A stretch of 64,000 nucleotides of DNA, taken from the NCBI RefSeq assembly GCF_009914755.1, contig NC_060934.1. The stretch is one strand, 5' to 3'. Positions 1-13,549 of the stretch are shown here, piece by piece. The notes under the pieces are model-generated. The model was not told the DNA's origin. It ran no database searches and worked only from the letters and a program-made list of their open reading frames with translations. Position 1 is the stretch's first letter, and every line of letters begins with the position of its first letter. Source of the stretch: the human T2T-CHM13v2.0 reference genome, Homo sapiens. The position numbers and the translations under genes were made by a program.

Positions 1-1331
1 CCCATTTCACATGAGAAAGCCACTGCCCCAAAAGGATTTAAACCCAAGCCCACTGTTCTTCGTCACTCCTCAGCTGGCTTTCAAAATCAGGGCCCCTGGG
101 TCCTTGCCTTCCCAGTTCCTGTTATCTAGAAGACCCTGGGTGTCCTGACATCTTACAAATGGCTCAGAAATTGCATTACTACCTCACCAGTGTGCTTGGA
201 CAGCCAGCAGCATCTTTCCTCACTGCCCTCACCTACTCTGCCTCTGTCTCAGATGACCAGGACAGCCTGACTTGGGCTGAAGGCCGTGGGTCCTCTATAC
301 AGACTGTTTCTTTCACAATCCTCTTCTGGTCCCATGGCCTTTTCTCCAGCATCCCAAGCATCTCTGCTCTCCAGTCATCCTCCACCTGCCTGTGCACCTT
401 CATCCCTGCCGCTGCCCCCTGCCTTTCCTCCACCCTTCCCTCTCCCCTCCTGGTTTCCTCAGGAGTAAAACATTCCTCTTCTCTGTTGGCCTCAGACACA
501 CTGGCACCCCCCATCCCCTTTTCCAACTCCTGCCTAAACTGTCAGCCTGTGTCTGTTAGGGGGAAAGAAGCTGTGGGCAAAGCCTGCCTTCCCACCCTAT
601 CTCCCTCCCAGTCCTGATTTCTCCTGCCTCTGCTGCTTTCACCCAGCCCCCTGCCAGTGGGGTGGGTACCACTTCAGCTAGCCCTCCCCACCACTTCCTT
701 AGGAGATAGTTTTCTTGAGGTTTGTTCTCTACCATCCTGCCCCAGGGCTTTTTTCTTCAATCCCTCCATCTCCATCTGTGACTATTGGGAACTCCCTTCC
801 AAATTTAAGCATCTTCCACCTGCCAAGCTTAGCTGAGGATCCTCCACCCCTTAACCTGAGATTTGTTATAACATCCCGTCTTCATGGATTCACATAGAAT
901 ACCTGCATGAAACTTTTAGAAGACTGAACATCCACATTTTGCTCCCTTAATGGAGACAGCCTGCCAGAAGGAATATCCATTACAACCTGGGAAATGCAAA
1001 CAGCTTATTGCTATTTCTATAAAGTGGTCTGGACATGAAATTAAATAGGACTGGGGAAGGTAGTGCTGAAATCAGCTTCTTTTGTTAATGAATAATAAGC
1101 AGCTGGCGAAAAGGAGGAGTGGAGGGGAGAAAAAAGAAAACAAGGAACTGGAACCACTGAAAACACAAATGAAAGGGGAATTTCACACTTAGCCAAAAAT
1201 TCAGGGAAAATAAAATAAAACTTTGTTTTTAATAGAGTCTTTCTTTTAAAAGTTGATTTATCTTAAAGATAGAAAGTCGTTAATCTTCTCCAGGTTTTAC
1301 ATTCCTAGCAGACAGCTAACATTTAGCCACT

Positions 1332-1578
1332 TTGTTGTTTGTTGTTGTTGTTGTTGTTCTGAGACAGAGCCTCGCTCTGTCGCCCAGGCTGGAGTGCAGT
1401 GGCGTGATCGCGGCTCACTGCAGCCTCTGCTTCGTGGATTCAAGCAATTCTCCTGCCTCGGGCTCCTGAGTAGCTAGGATTACAGGCGTGCGCCTCCATG
1501 CCAGGCTAATTCTTGTATTTTTAGTAGAGATGGGGTTTCACCATGCTGGCCAGGCTGATCTCGAATTCCTGACCTCAT
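1332..1578 (-). mobile_element. Alu (AluS-like), 5'-truncated, tail decayed to (GTT)n
   Basis: GAGACAGAGCCTCGCTCTGTCGCCCAGGCTGGAGTGCAGTGG...CCTGACCTC; TAGCCAC on both flanks. Confidence 0.9.
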
Positions 1579-3118
1579 AGCCACGTTTTTTAAAAACAAA
1601 GAAAGTAAACTCTTAAGTACTCTTGTAACTCCCCAAGTAGTTTTGAAGTGCAGTCCCAGCTCTGATTCTCCCTTTGGGGGCTGACCACTTATAGCACACA
1701 TCTTCCTAGGCTTGTCTCTGCTGTCAGGATTATGTCACTAAAAATGAAAACCTCATGTGGCTTTCAACCCTAAAACAAAAGAAAATAAAAACCAAAAAAA
1801 TGCCACTTCTGGCTCCATCTACACTGACCTATGGTATGGATTCCCTTCTGTGCACTCTGCTGACACAGGGAAACTGGGCAGGTGACCTCTGTCCAGTCAT
1901 CCCACCCCTGACCCAGGGAGGCTAGGTGTGCAGCTTTGATACTGTACTCACTACTTGGTGATGACATCATCTGTGGACATGTCTGTCTCCCCACTAATCC
2001 CTCAAAGACCCAGACCCCATCGCACTCATCTCTGTATCTCAAAGCTCACCAGGGAAACTGGCCCATAGGGGATTTTCAACACATATTTACTGCCACTGTC
2101 AACCCTGAGTTATAAAATAACCAGACTGGAGAGTGTCTCCACACCTGAACAGGCCTCTCTAGCCTCTTCAGTCGGCCCCTGGCAATCCCCCCATCCTCTC
2201 TGCCCTGCCACATTCCCTCACCAAGCAAACGAGCTGTTACAGGCTGACAGGGTCACAGGAGAGTCCTGATAACTAGCACAGAGAAAAATCTAAACCAGTG
2301 TTCCTTCCCAAATACAACTTACTTGTATTGTTCACCTCCGAGTTCTTTCTAAATCCTGAGTTCCTACAAAATATTTAAATTATAAAAGGTTTTCGTCCCG
2401 AGGTTTTATATATGTAACATTCTTTCAAATAGGAAAAAGTGTAGCCTGGATTGCAAGACAGAAAACTTCTGCTATAATAATAACTATTCATACTTCTTGA
2501 GAGCTTAATGTGTGTAGGTGCTGTACTAAGCTTGGTACACATTGTAGCTATGTGACCTCGTGGCAGCTGGAGGAAAGCTGTACAAAGCTCTTTTTTCCTA
2601 CAAACACAGTTTTCTGCTATAATTAAACTAGGCAAATAAGATTATCTTCTGCCTCTCCACTGTCAGGTTATGTATCTCAATATACTTTTAATTTGTCTGT
2701 GCCTAAATTCCTCCATGGGGATAAGTGGTGAACAGGAAGTCTTTCTTTTTTTTTTTTTGCCAATGGAAGGGGGAATGAAAAATAACAAAAATAAATGAGG
2801 CCATCTTCCTAAGATGGGATGTAATGATGGCACTCCAAGCTTCTAATGATTGCTGACTTATATTTCCAAGTTTTCTCTCCACCTTGGGATCATCTCTCCT
2901 GAGCCATGCCAGAACCACTGGTGAGCAGGAAAAGCAAGTTTCTGCTCTGGACTGGCTCAGACACCCCTCTGCTGTCCTAGATAAACAGGACCACATGAGT
3001 TCAGTTTTTATTTCATGAGGCGGAAGGCACTTCCAATGTCTAAATCTGAAATCATCCCACCTGACTGTAACTAGAAGTAGTAGCAGCTGGCTCCTCGCTG
3101 ACATGGGCACTGCTGATG

Positions 3119-3313
3119 GCAGTGGTTGGCAAAGAGTGGTCCCCAGACCAGCAGCATGACAGCATCCAGGAACACATTAGACATGTCAACTGCCCACTGC
3201 CACCTGCCCCAAGCTCTTTGCCTCAGAAACTCTGGCAGAGGTGGGTCCCAGCCCTGGGCATTGTAAGCAGCCTTCGAGTGATTCTGATACACGCTGAAAT
3301 CTGAGAGCCACTG
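3119..3313. mobile_element. MER5A-like hAT-Charlie DNA transposon relic
   Basis: CAGTGGTT...GTGGTCCCCAGACCAGCAGCA...CAGAAACTCTGG...GTGATTCTGAT...TGAGAGCCACTG. Confidence 0.7.
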
Positions 3314-3984
3314 GCTTCACCTGATAAACATCTGAGGTCATGGGAATGCCCTGCTGGGCTAACCTGTGTATTACAACGCTTTATGTAAAGGTACTGGCTC
3401 TCCACCAACAGTACCTACTTCTGTTATTTCTGCCACCTGGCAAAGGCCCCAAACACTAAACTCCAGGGCATTCTTTTTCCTACTTTCTTGGGCAAATTAC
3501 TTCTGTCCCACTCTCTTTGTCCTCAAAAAAGGTATGATGACAATATCCATTTCATTGGGTCAAGGACTTAGAAAGTGGCTGGCATGCAGTTAGCCATCAA
3601 CAAGTGTGAATCCCTGTGATTCCGACATCTCTGCCAAAAGGTCTAATCAGAACTAGGAATATAGCAAAATAAAATTCGCTTCCTGAATGCTTACCACCTG
3701 ACTTTTTCTCCCCACTCAATTCCAGAGCCCTGAGTGAGGACATCCAGGAATGACAGAGAATGCACCTGGCTCCACTGTCTTTCAGTATTTACTTGTTCAG
3801 TCTGCAACCTGAGCGCCCACTGAATGCCTGCCGACATGTGGAAAAAGCCATTCTATAAATTTGTACAGCCTCCAACCAGGTCTTTCCGGACAAAAGCCAT
3901 CCAATTCTGGGGCATAAAGCCTCACACACCTCAAGAGAGGTACAGGAGGAAGGTGATGAATATTAACAAAAGTTGTCATAATAA

Positions 3985-4220
3985 CAGCTAACATTTATGT
4001 TGTGGTTACCATGCCAGGCATTCAGTACCTTATAAATGTTAATATAGTCCCCACAATAACCCTGTAAGATGGCTGCTGTTATGACACCTACCAGAGAGTT
4101 GGGGAAACTGAGGTGCAGAAGGTTTGCATAACCTGCCTAAGGTCCCACAGCTTCTACACGATGAGGCTGAGATCCAAACCCAGGGTCCAGGGTCAGGGCT
4201 CTTCACCACTGTACTATAAG
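3985..4220 (-). mobile_element. MIR SINE
   Basis: Core-like GGGGAAACTGAGGTGCAGAAGG...ACCTGCCTAAGGTCCCACAGCT. Confidence 0.7.
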
Positions 4221-4747
4221 ACAGAGAGCTATTGCTTATCTAGGCATCTTCTAACTATTTATCACCAATCCCACAGCACTGATTTTGAGATACTTATGTT
4301 TGGGCACAATATCCACTGTCATGGGATTCAATGCTGGGCCCTCAAGGCTCCCAACAGAAATGATAATTCTACTTGGTTTCTCCAGCGCCTTCTCCCCTCC
4401 CTAAACTAGTTCCACCCAAGCCAAATCAAAACTTCACAGAGCAGAATCTCTCTCCTCTCATAACTCCCCTGGCACTGCACCACTTCACCTCTAATTATAT
4501 ACCATCTGTCACATAGAGTTCTCTAATTGTTTCTTGCACATTAGCCTTTTCTTCCCCAGTCGACTGTAAAATTCTTTGGAAGTACCCATATTTTTTGTGA
4601 AACCCAACAAAACTAGGCAGAAACATGGGCTTGCAAATGTAGTCTTAGAGAGTGTTACACATTTATTGGCTAGCTAATTCACTTTGCTTTTCTGACTCTT
4701 CTTTATTATCAACCCTTAAAAACAGACAAAAGTATTAAGTTTATGAG

Positions 4748-5068
4748 ATTTATTTTATTTATTTTTTGAAACAGGGTCTTGCTCTGTCATTCAGGCTGGA
4801 GTACAGTGGCATGGTCACAGCTCATCACAGGCTCAACCTCCAGGCTCGAACAAGCCTCCCACATCAGCCCCCCCGCCCCAAGTAGCTGGGACTACAGGTG
4901 CACACCACCACAACTGGCTAATTTTATGTATTTATTTATTTATTTATTTAGTAGAGACAGGGACTCACCGTGTTGCCCAGACTGGCCTCAAACTTCTGGG
5001 CTCAAGTGATCCTCCCACCTCGGCCTCCCAAAGTGTTGGGATTACAGGTGTGAACTACCATACCCAGA
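4748..5068 (-). mobile_element. Alu (AluJ-like)
   Basis: Dimeric Alu in reverse with J-type GGGCTCAAGTGATCCTCCCACC. Confidence 0.9.
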
Positions 5069-5479
5069 CAGTTTATGCTATTTAAAACCAGCATTAGGGG
5101 AGGTATTCCACCAACATAACCTAAGCAACAACTCTGTTTCAAGATCTGTATTCCAAGCATCTCCTACAATATCTTTTAAACCCTTCAGCAGCCTCCCTAA
5201 GCGGCGGGGGGTGTTGTTATTCCAGTTTGAGGAAAGAGGAACCAGGGCCTACCAGGGGTGAGTAATTTCACCAATGTCATTACAGGCTGATAAATGAAGG
5301 AAGATTTTAAAAGATCTGTCCCAAAACACCTATTAGCCTCCCTCTAATGTGGAGACTAAGGTGCCAAGATTCAAATTATCCTCAAAGCAACCTTTATAAA
5401 AAATGTTATCATGACAGAGAAAATTTGAAACTCTATTAAAAAGTCATTTTTAAAAAGATGAAATGATGACCATGTTCAC

Positions 5480-7427
5480 AGACAGAATTACAATAAGACA
5501 GAAAATCTTACAATATTAGACAGAAAAATCATATTATATATTCAATGCAATGCCCATCACACTTTCCTAACTTTGTTGAGAACTTAATAAGCATTCCAAA
5601 ATGCATATGGAAGTATAAACATCCACAAATAACCAAGTCAAAGTATAAAGAAAAGTAGGGGCTCATTCTGCCATATAAAACACACTGCAATGCTATAATA
5701 AAAAAAATTGGGGGGGCATAAAAACAGACAGATGATTGGTATCAGTATGTCGCAAGTAATGGGGACAGTTTCAGTTTGGGGTGATAAAAAATGTTCTGGA
5801 AATGCATAGTGGTGACAACAATGTAAATGTACTTGATGCCACTGAATTATACACTTAAAATGGTTAAATGATAAATTTTATGTTATGTGTATTTTATCAT
5901 AATTTAAAAAGATTTTTAAAAATCAGTATGTTGAATGAAAGGAACCAGACACAAAATGGTACTATACTGTATGGTCCATTTACATAAAATTCTAGAAAAC
6001 ACAAACTAAACTACAGTGACAGCATATCAGTGGTTGCTTAAGTCTGGGGACAAAGGGATTACAAAGGGGCCCAAGGGCAATTTTGGGGTGATGGAAATGC
6101 TCTGTATCTTCACTGTGATGGTTTCACAGGTATGTACATCTGTCAAAAGTAATCAAGCTGTACACTTTGAATGGATTTAGTTTACCTATATAAGTTACAA
6201 CTCTTATTTTTATTTATGTATTTATTTATTTATGAGACAGGGTCTCACTCTGTCACCCAGGATGGAGTGCAGTGGTGCAATCTGGGCTCACTGCAAACTC
6301 CGCCTCCTGAGCTCAAGCAATCCTCCCACCTCAGTCTCCCGAGTAGCTAGGACTATACCAATTAGCCAGGCTAATTTTTGTATTTTTTGTTCAGACAGGG
6401 TTTTGACCAGGCTGTTCTCTGTTCTTGAATTCCTGGGCTCAAGCAATCCACCTGCTTCAGCCTCCCAAAATGCTGGGATTACAGGTGTGAGCCACTGCAC
6501 CTGGCCCTGGCTTAATTTTTTTTTTTTTTTTTGTAGAGACAGGGTCTCTCCATGTTGCCCAGGCTGGTCTTGAACTCCTGGACTCAAACAATCCTCCCAC
6601 CTCAGTCTCCCAAAGTGCTGGGATTACAGGCATTGAGCCACCACGCTCAGCCTTAATAACTCTTAATAAAGTTGAAAAAGTAAACTAATATGTGTCTGTG
6701 GGAATCTGAGGTATGATAAAAGTGGCTCCACAAAACTATATGAAGGAAAGAATACACTGTTTAATAGATGATTTAGGAAAACTGTCTCACAGAATGGAAA
6801 GGAAAAAAATAATGTGAGATTCCTTTGTTTTCCCATATATGAAGATGAACTTCAAATAGAATAAAGCCCTCAATGTGAAAGGTAAAACTGGAAAGCTGAC
6901 AGAATACAGAATATCTTTGTAATCTTGGGGTAAGGAAAAATATCTTATACTCTTAAAGTGCAACCTAAGGCAAAAATTAATGGACTGGGGCTATATCAAA
7001 ACTAAAAATTTCTCAAAGTTACCATTGACAAAGTTGATAAACAGAAGACAGGATGAGATTAACATCTAGAATATACCAAAAAAATCTTCAAATCACCACA
7101 TTAGGAAAAGCAAGTATGGCTAGTCAAAGAAATTATAATCACTAATGAATATATTAAAAGAGTTCAAATTTACTAAGAAATCATATAAGTTCACAAAAAG
7201 AAAACCCAATGAGATCCCACTTTACAGCCACCAAACATTGGTAAAACTAGAAAGTTGGTTAATAACAAATTTGAGTAAGAACGTGGGGAATCAGGAACCC
7301 TTGTGCACTGATGTGGAACAGAAAGCAGCTGAGCAACTCTGGAGAGTAATTTAGCAGTGTTTAGTAAAAACAGGTATGTTTGTACACCATTACTCAGCCA
7401 TCCCACTCCTAAGTACATACCCTTAGA

Positions 7428-7430
<3 letters not shown>
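5480..7430 (+). mobile_element. Old L1M-type LINE fragments (ORF2 3' end and 3' UTR pieces), interrupted by Alus
   Basis: TTCAATGCAATGCCCATCA...CCAAAATGCATATGGAA; GATGCCACTGAATTATACACTTAAAATGG; AATGAGATCCCACTTTACA. Confidence 0.7.
6205..6652 (-). mobile_element. AluJ-like dimer (6205-6508) plus adjacent left monomer/FLAM-like piece (6512-6652)
   Basis: Alu consensus in reverse; two left-arm ends ...GCTGGGATTACAGG...GAGCCAC. Confidence 0.85.
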
Positions 7431-7835
<405 letters not shown>

Positions 7836-9537
7836 TTAAGCATCCATCATTAGGGAAATGGGTAAGTAAAAGTAGGAGACACATAAAAGACCAGCCCTAC
7901 AAAGCAGCAGTCAAGGCAACGCACTAGATAAACCTGCACTAACAAGGATCTCACAAATAAAATGTTAAGGTTCTTCTGACTTTTATGAATGCCTGCAAAT
8001 TTCCATAATAAAAAGCTCTAATGTTGAATAAAAAAAGAATGAAATCTATAGCACAGAACCACTTATGTAAATCAAAAACAAACAAAGTAACTCAACATCT
8101 TTAACAAAATACATACATATGCAAGAACATATCCTGCACTGGAGAGAAGGCTCCTCTGGGGGAGAGGGGCCTGGGGGGTGCTGGGAGGGGAATGAAGGAG
8201 AAAAACGTAAAACAAGCAAGGGGCTTTTGCACAGTGAGAGGATCCTGTGCCAAGAACTGGAATGTGAGCTCAGCTCTCAGCACCAGGAGTCTAAAAGGTA
8301 AATCACCCAAATTATCTAAATCTCCACTCACCTGTCTGTACGTATAATGGTTGCTTCAGTTAAAGCCCTTGTGGCTTTACATCATTAAGGGAGTAGATCA
8401 GCTTGTCACTGAGAGTGGAGGGGAATCTTTCTCAATACAAGCTTGGGGTGATTTCAGGCCCCCAAAATCAAACCTGCTACTGAGTCCTGGATTTTCCCTT
8501 TGACATATTAGTTTAAAAAGACACTGGTGCTCTTGGCTTTTGGCAGAGTGTGTGTGTCTCTTTCTCTGTGTCTTTCTCTTCGCTGTCTGTGTGAGTCTCT
8601 GTGTCTGTGGATCTGTGTGTGATGTGTTTATCTGTGGAGATGGAGGACTGGGAGAACAGCAAAGCATTCCAGCAGGGCCTGAGCCAAACTTATTCATCAG
8701 CACCATTCAATGCAGCTTTACTGAATCCAGAAGTCAGTTATAAAACCAAGCTACCTTCCTGGGGCTCCGCCCACCCTTCTCTTTCCCTTTCTTCACTCTC
8801 TCCTCCCTGACATCCAATGCTGCCTCCCAACTCCCACATCCAAGTGGGCTGATCCAAAATAAGGTCCTCTTGTGACTGGGTAGCTTAATGGAGGTAACAA
8901 CCTTTACAGGGATGCTCTTAGAGAGGAGAAATAGCCATTTATATTCCTGACCAAAAGCCTTTAATAGGAAAGCCAAAAATCTTGAAGACCAGCATGTCAT
9001 AAAAGTTCCTCCAGAAGAGACTGTTATGGCTATAGCTACCATCCAAAAAAGGCATAGCCATCTATAACATGTTATGCCCCCACAAGGACACAAGAGCCAC
9101 TGAATAGTTTGCCATATGAAGTGGTGGGAAAGTGTATATGGCAATCAAAAAATAAAAATTACCATTGATCAAATTTGTGTGAGAAAATGCAACAGATTCT
9201 TCTGACAGGATTGCTTTAAAAAGCAAGCTCATGCCAAGAAAGTACATCTTTAGGAGAAGAAGAAATACCTAAACAATTGGAGGAAGGAACAGACAGTGAT
9301 GGTAAAGAGCAGAATGAACTGGCAGCACACTCATGCCTCCCTCCTAAAGACCAGGGCATTGATGCCTGTGTGCAAACAATCCAGAATTTTTATTCCCAAA
9401 ATACTCTTTCAGCTTTTCTATAGCAGCACTTTTCAGAGTTTTCCTGAAATGTTATGTATAAAATGAAGTTTTCTAAGTTAAAGCATTTGACATCCAACAG
9501 GAGCACTTTTTAGTTGAAAATAATAATAATAATACTG

Positions 9538-9836
9538 CTAGGTGCAGTGACTCACACCTGTAATCGCAGCACTTTGAGAGGCCAAGGTGAGAGGATTACT
9601 TGAGCCCAGGAGTTTGGGACCAGCCTGGGCAACATAACAAAACCCTATCTCTATAAAAAAGTAGCTGGGCTTAGTGGTGCGTGCGTGTAGTCCCAGCTAC
9701 TCGGGAGGCTGAGGTAAGAGAATCCCCTGAGCCTGGAGAGTTCAAAGCTACAGTAAGCCGAGATTGTACCACTGCACTCCATCCTGGGTGACAGAATAAA
9801 ACCCTGTCTCAAAAGAAAAACAAACAAAAAAAAAAC
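9538..9836 (+). mobile_element. Alu (AluJ-like)
   Basis: Full dimer with A-rich tail; TTGAGCCCAGGAGTT. Confidence 0.9.
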
Positions 9837-12341
9837 TGATGGCTATACTTAGGAGTCAGGAGTCCGTTTGGTTTTCATGACGTATGTTAACAAAGCACAC
9901 CATTTCTCTAGCTGAAATGTAGGATCTGCCCCAAGTTTGAAAATTAATAAATTTAACCAGAAAAGTAAAAGAATCAAGTTTTCAAGCTAAAATTGAATGT
10001 TTATGGTCAACCCAGCAATCATGTCTTACGAAAACATAAATATTCTTTAAATGTCAATGTGCAAAGGTATTGATGCATATATTTTACTCTAACCATATTA
10101 ATACAGACTTAAAAATAGATGATGAACATGGTAAATACTGGTAAACTCTTCTGTTATGAAGAATTTTTAAAATTTCAGCTGCAGAGGCATGTATTGAATA
10201 CAAGTTAGACACTGTGCAAGATGCTAGAAATCTTCCAATGAGTAAGATACTGGTTTAATAACCGTGTCCCTCTGATGTCAATTTAATACATCTCTGGAGT
10301 TAATGTCTTTTATTAAAAAGTTTCCGGAAATTTCAAATAGCTCACTATCATCACTGAAGAGTTGCAGAAATGTATCTTATTATTTTACTAAAAACATAAA
10401 TTTCTATTCTGTGAAGCAGAAATGGAAGGAAAGGCCACTTCACTGTTTTTACATATCACTGTCACTTTCTGCAGAGTAACTACTTAAAACTGCATGGCGG
10501 CAGCAGCCACCCCACTGCTACCCAGCAGGTCACAGAGATGCAGAGACTCAAAAACATGCTATATATTGCTGTATATTTTAAGAGGCGCAGTAAGGAAACT
10601 CGAAATACCAGGGCCTCCAGAGCTAAACAGGAAGCAAGATAAGACAAGTGAGCTGCCACAGGCAGAAGGCAGCACCTGGAGGTTCCCCCAAAGCTGGCGC
10701 CTCCGACAGCAGGCACAGGCTGCTGCTTGCTTGCTTGCTTGCTTCTTTGCTTGGCCACGGCATGTCTTCAGAGCTGGAAGGCTGCCACCTGCTGAATCAC
10801 CAAACATCCCTGGGCTTCCCTTGGAGCACTGACCAGACAGGCACCCATCCCCCGCAGCCTTCGCCCGTGGACGTTTCACACCCCGACCAATGAAACGCCC
10901 CGCCCTCTCCCCTTCTGCACAGGCCAAAACAGCCGCCAACCCCTTTCCATCTGGGCAGCTCTAGGCAACACCCATCGCGTTCCTACGTCACCAGTCCCAC
11001 TCCTCTCCTTCGGCCCACTCAGTCCCCCCTGAATGTTTCAACCCCCAGTGCCAGGAAGCGTGGGGAGTTCACAGCACAGCACATCAGACATTCGCCACTT
11101 CCACATCCAGGGAGCCAACTAGAAACATCCCCAAACCTAAAAGCAAAATAACCTGTCCAAACAGCTTTAAAGGTCCAGGAAGATAAATGTCAAGGGAGCT
11201 AAAATAGTCGACAGGCCCCAGAACATAGAAAATAAACTTCCCTTTCAGAAAGCAGCCTTCACTTGGTTTCGTAAGCGTGTACCGCTGAAGTCTGTACTGT
11301 TTGAAGGTGAAAAGAAACATCTGAGAAGCACCTGCCTGGATTCTCTTCGCTCCCTCCGGCCATGACAACCCTTATCCCGATTTCTACTTCGCGGCACCAA
11401 AGAGGAAAGCAGCATTCACCAGAACGCTCCAGGCTGAATCCGTTAGCTGGACTAGGGCACTCTATCCGGCCCACGGGAGGACGCCACAAGCCCGAGTTCG
11501 GGTTAAGACGGTGGGAGAGGCAGCCGCTGCTGCTGCTGTTTTGCCCTTGACACGTCGCTGGGGGATAGCGCAGACCCCCTCTGTCACGGAAAAGCGGCGT
11601 CCTGGAGAGACTGTCCAGTTCTGGGCTGCGCCGATTCCCCTCCAGGCCTTGCCCCTAAACGTCCCCGCCCCGCGGGGGCAGCCCTGCGGGGTCTCAGAGC
11701 CGCCCGCGAGCCTGGCGGGCTGTTACGCGGCCTGGAGAGAAGGGGAGCGCTCCTCGGGGAGGGGGGGTCCCACCTGTTTTGTCGTCAGGGGGCATCGAGG
11801 GGCTACGGTGGGGGGATCCCGAAATAGTGGGCGCCTGGCCGGCTGCGATCTGGACCGAAGGTACCAACTGTCACACCGCCACCTAGGCTGTGGGGGTGGA
11901 GCCGTGATTGGAGTCGGCCCCTGGGTGGGGGTCTCCGGACCCCGGGCGGGCTACTGCCCAAAGGCTCCCCGCCTCCCGATCGCCCCAATCCGACACCAGG
12001 CAGCCTTCCAGCCCGCACGCAGTAGCTCTGAAAAGGTGCCCACTGACGCCTCCTCCTTCCTCCCCGCCCCAACTTAGCCCGGGAGCCCCGCCGGCGGCCC
12101 GCCCCCTCCGAGCCCGGATCCCGGCCGCCGGACCTCCCCGCTGTGCCCACCCACGGGAGCAGCAGCTCTGGAGGACTGCCCGCCAGGTACGCGCGCGGCA
12201 CCGCGCGGGCTGCGCTCACGCCCCCTCGCCCCAGAGCAGCCCGCCCGCTGCTCCCCGGCATAAGGCCGGGCCCGCGAGACAGGTGTCCGATCGGCCCCCG
12301 CAACCGTGAGGCCGGCTGTCTGTCCCTGCCCCACGACTCAC

Positions 12342-12620
12342 TTGCACTGGAGTCACGGCAGCCGCCGGAATTCCGCTCGCGGAGCCCCCGCCGCGGAATG
12401 AAATCCGGGGCAGGGCAGCGTCGGGGCTCCGCACCCCAATCGCGCTCTCCGACCGGCTCCCTAGGCGCGAGGGGAGAGCAGTCAGCCCAGGCCGGTCCTT
12501 CTCACTCCCGACCTGCCCGCCGCCTGCCGCCCGCAGCCGCTGCCCCGCTGGTGCGAACGCTTTCGACTTGCCACCGCGAGCCTCCCGGGCTGCCGAGCAT
12601 GCCCAGTCCGCTGCCCGAGC
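12342..12620 (-). other. SGMS1: Non-coding first exon of sphingomyelin synthase 1; 5' boundary approximate
   Basis: Minus strand reads ...GACTCCAGTGCAA|GTGAGTCG, a canonical donor at 12342/12341 inside the CpG island. Identity from recalled locus order. Confidence 0.65.
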
Positions 12621-13549
12621 CGGCCCGGCTTCCCGCGCGACGCGACTCCGCTCCTCCGGGTGTTCACTGCGGCCGGGGGGGCGGGCCGGCCGGGCGGGGT
12701 CCGCGGGGGGCTCCTCCCGGGACCGAGCGGGACCCCGAACCAAGGGACAGTCGCAGTTTGGGCCCCTTGAATTTTACTTTCAAGTAATGGGAAACTGAGG
12801 AGGCGGGCGCTTTCCCCAGCGTTTTTAGGGGCCCACTAAGTAAGGCCTAGCGGGAGCCAGATTTTACAATCTGGGACGGTAAATCCCTTGGGGCAGGGCC
12901 GGAGACGGGAGCCGCTAGAGCTGGTCACAAAGCAGGGAACGCAAACTCAGCCTGCTGGAAGCCAGGCACGAGTTTGCGAACTACTACTGGATTCTTTTTC
13001 CCACCAAGCCCAAGGGCTGCGACACTTGGGATTAATGCCCAATGGATCATTCCTAGGAAACGGCCGACCTGACTATTCGGCCCATTTTCAAACCTCTAAC
13101 CATAGACTCTCATCTTTCTCCCACAACAGAAAAAAAAGCCTCTGGCGACGCCTGGGAGCGCGACGGAGGCGCAAGAGCTCTAACCGCGCGAGGTGAAAAC
13201 TCCGACTGCGTCAGAGCCGCCCCGCCCCGCCTGGGCCCCACCTTCCGCCGCCCCTCCGAGCTGCGGCGAAAACCCGGAGAGCGGCTAGGCCGGGGTCGGA
13301 GCCCGCGCATGCCCAGTAGCCCCACGTGGTGCAAGTCGCCTGAAGGAAGGTTTTCCTCTGCTCCCCGAGCGAAGCCCCAGCGCCCAAGTTAGGATGGACA
13401 GCGGGGAGAGCTGGCCTTCCCGCCCCGATGCCCGCCGTCCCTGGCCGGCCCGCGCCGCACCTCGGTGGCCTACAGGCAGCCCGAGGCCGTGCCTCCCGCG
13501 GGGTCGGGGACTTGGCGAGCGGGGGAAGGGGCGCGGCTACGGGCCCGGC

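Noticed and set aside
159-617. Overlapping ORFs of 152 aa (+) and 97 aa (-)
   Set aside because: Products of a pyrimidine/purine-skewed intronic stretch; no recognisable domain or splice structure.
6232-6587. ORFs such as [15 protein letters not shown]..., and similar ones at 19950, 29507, 31373, 35952, 54830 and 57755
   Set aside because: Translations of Alu sequence.
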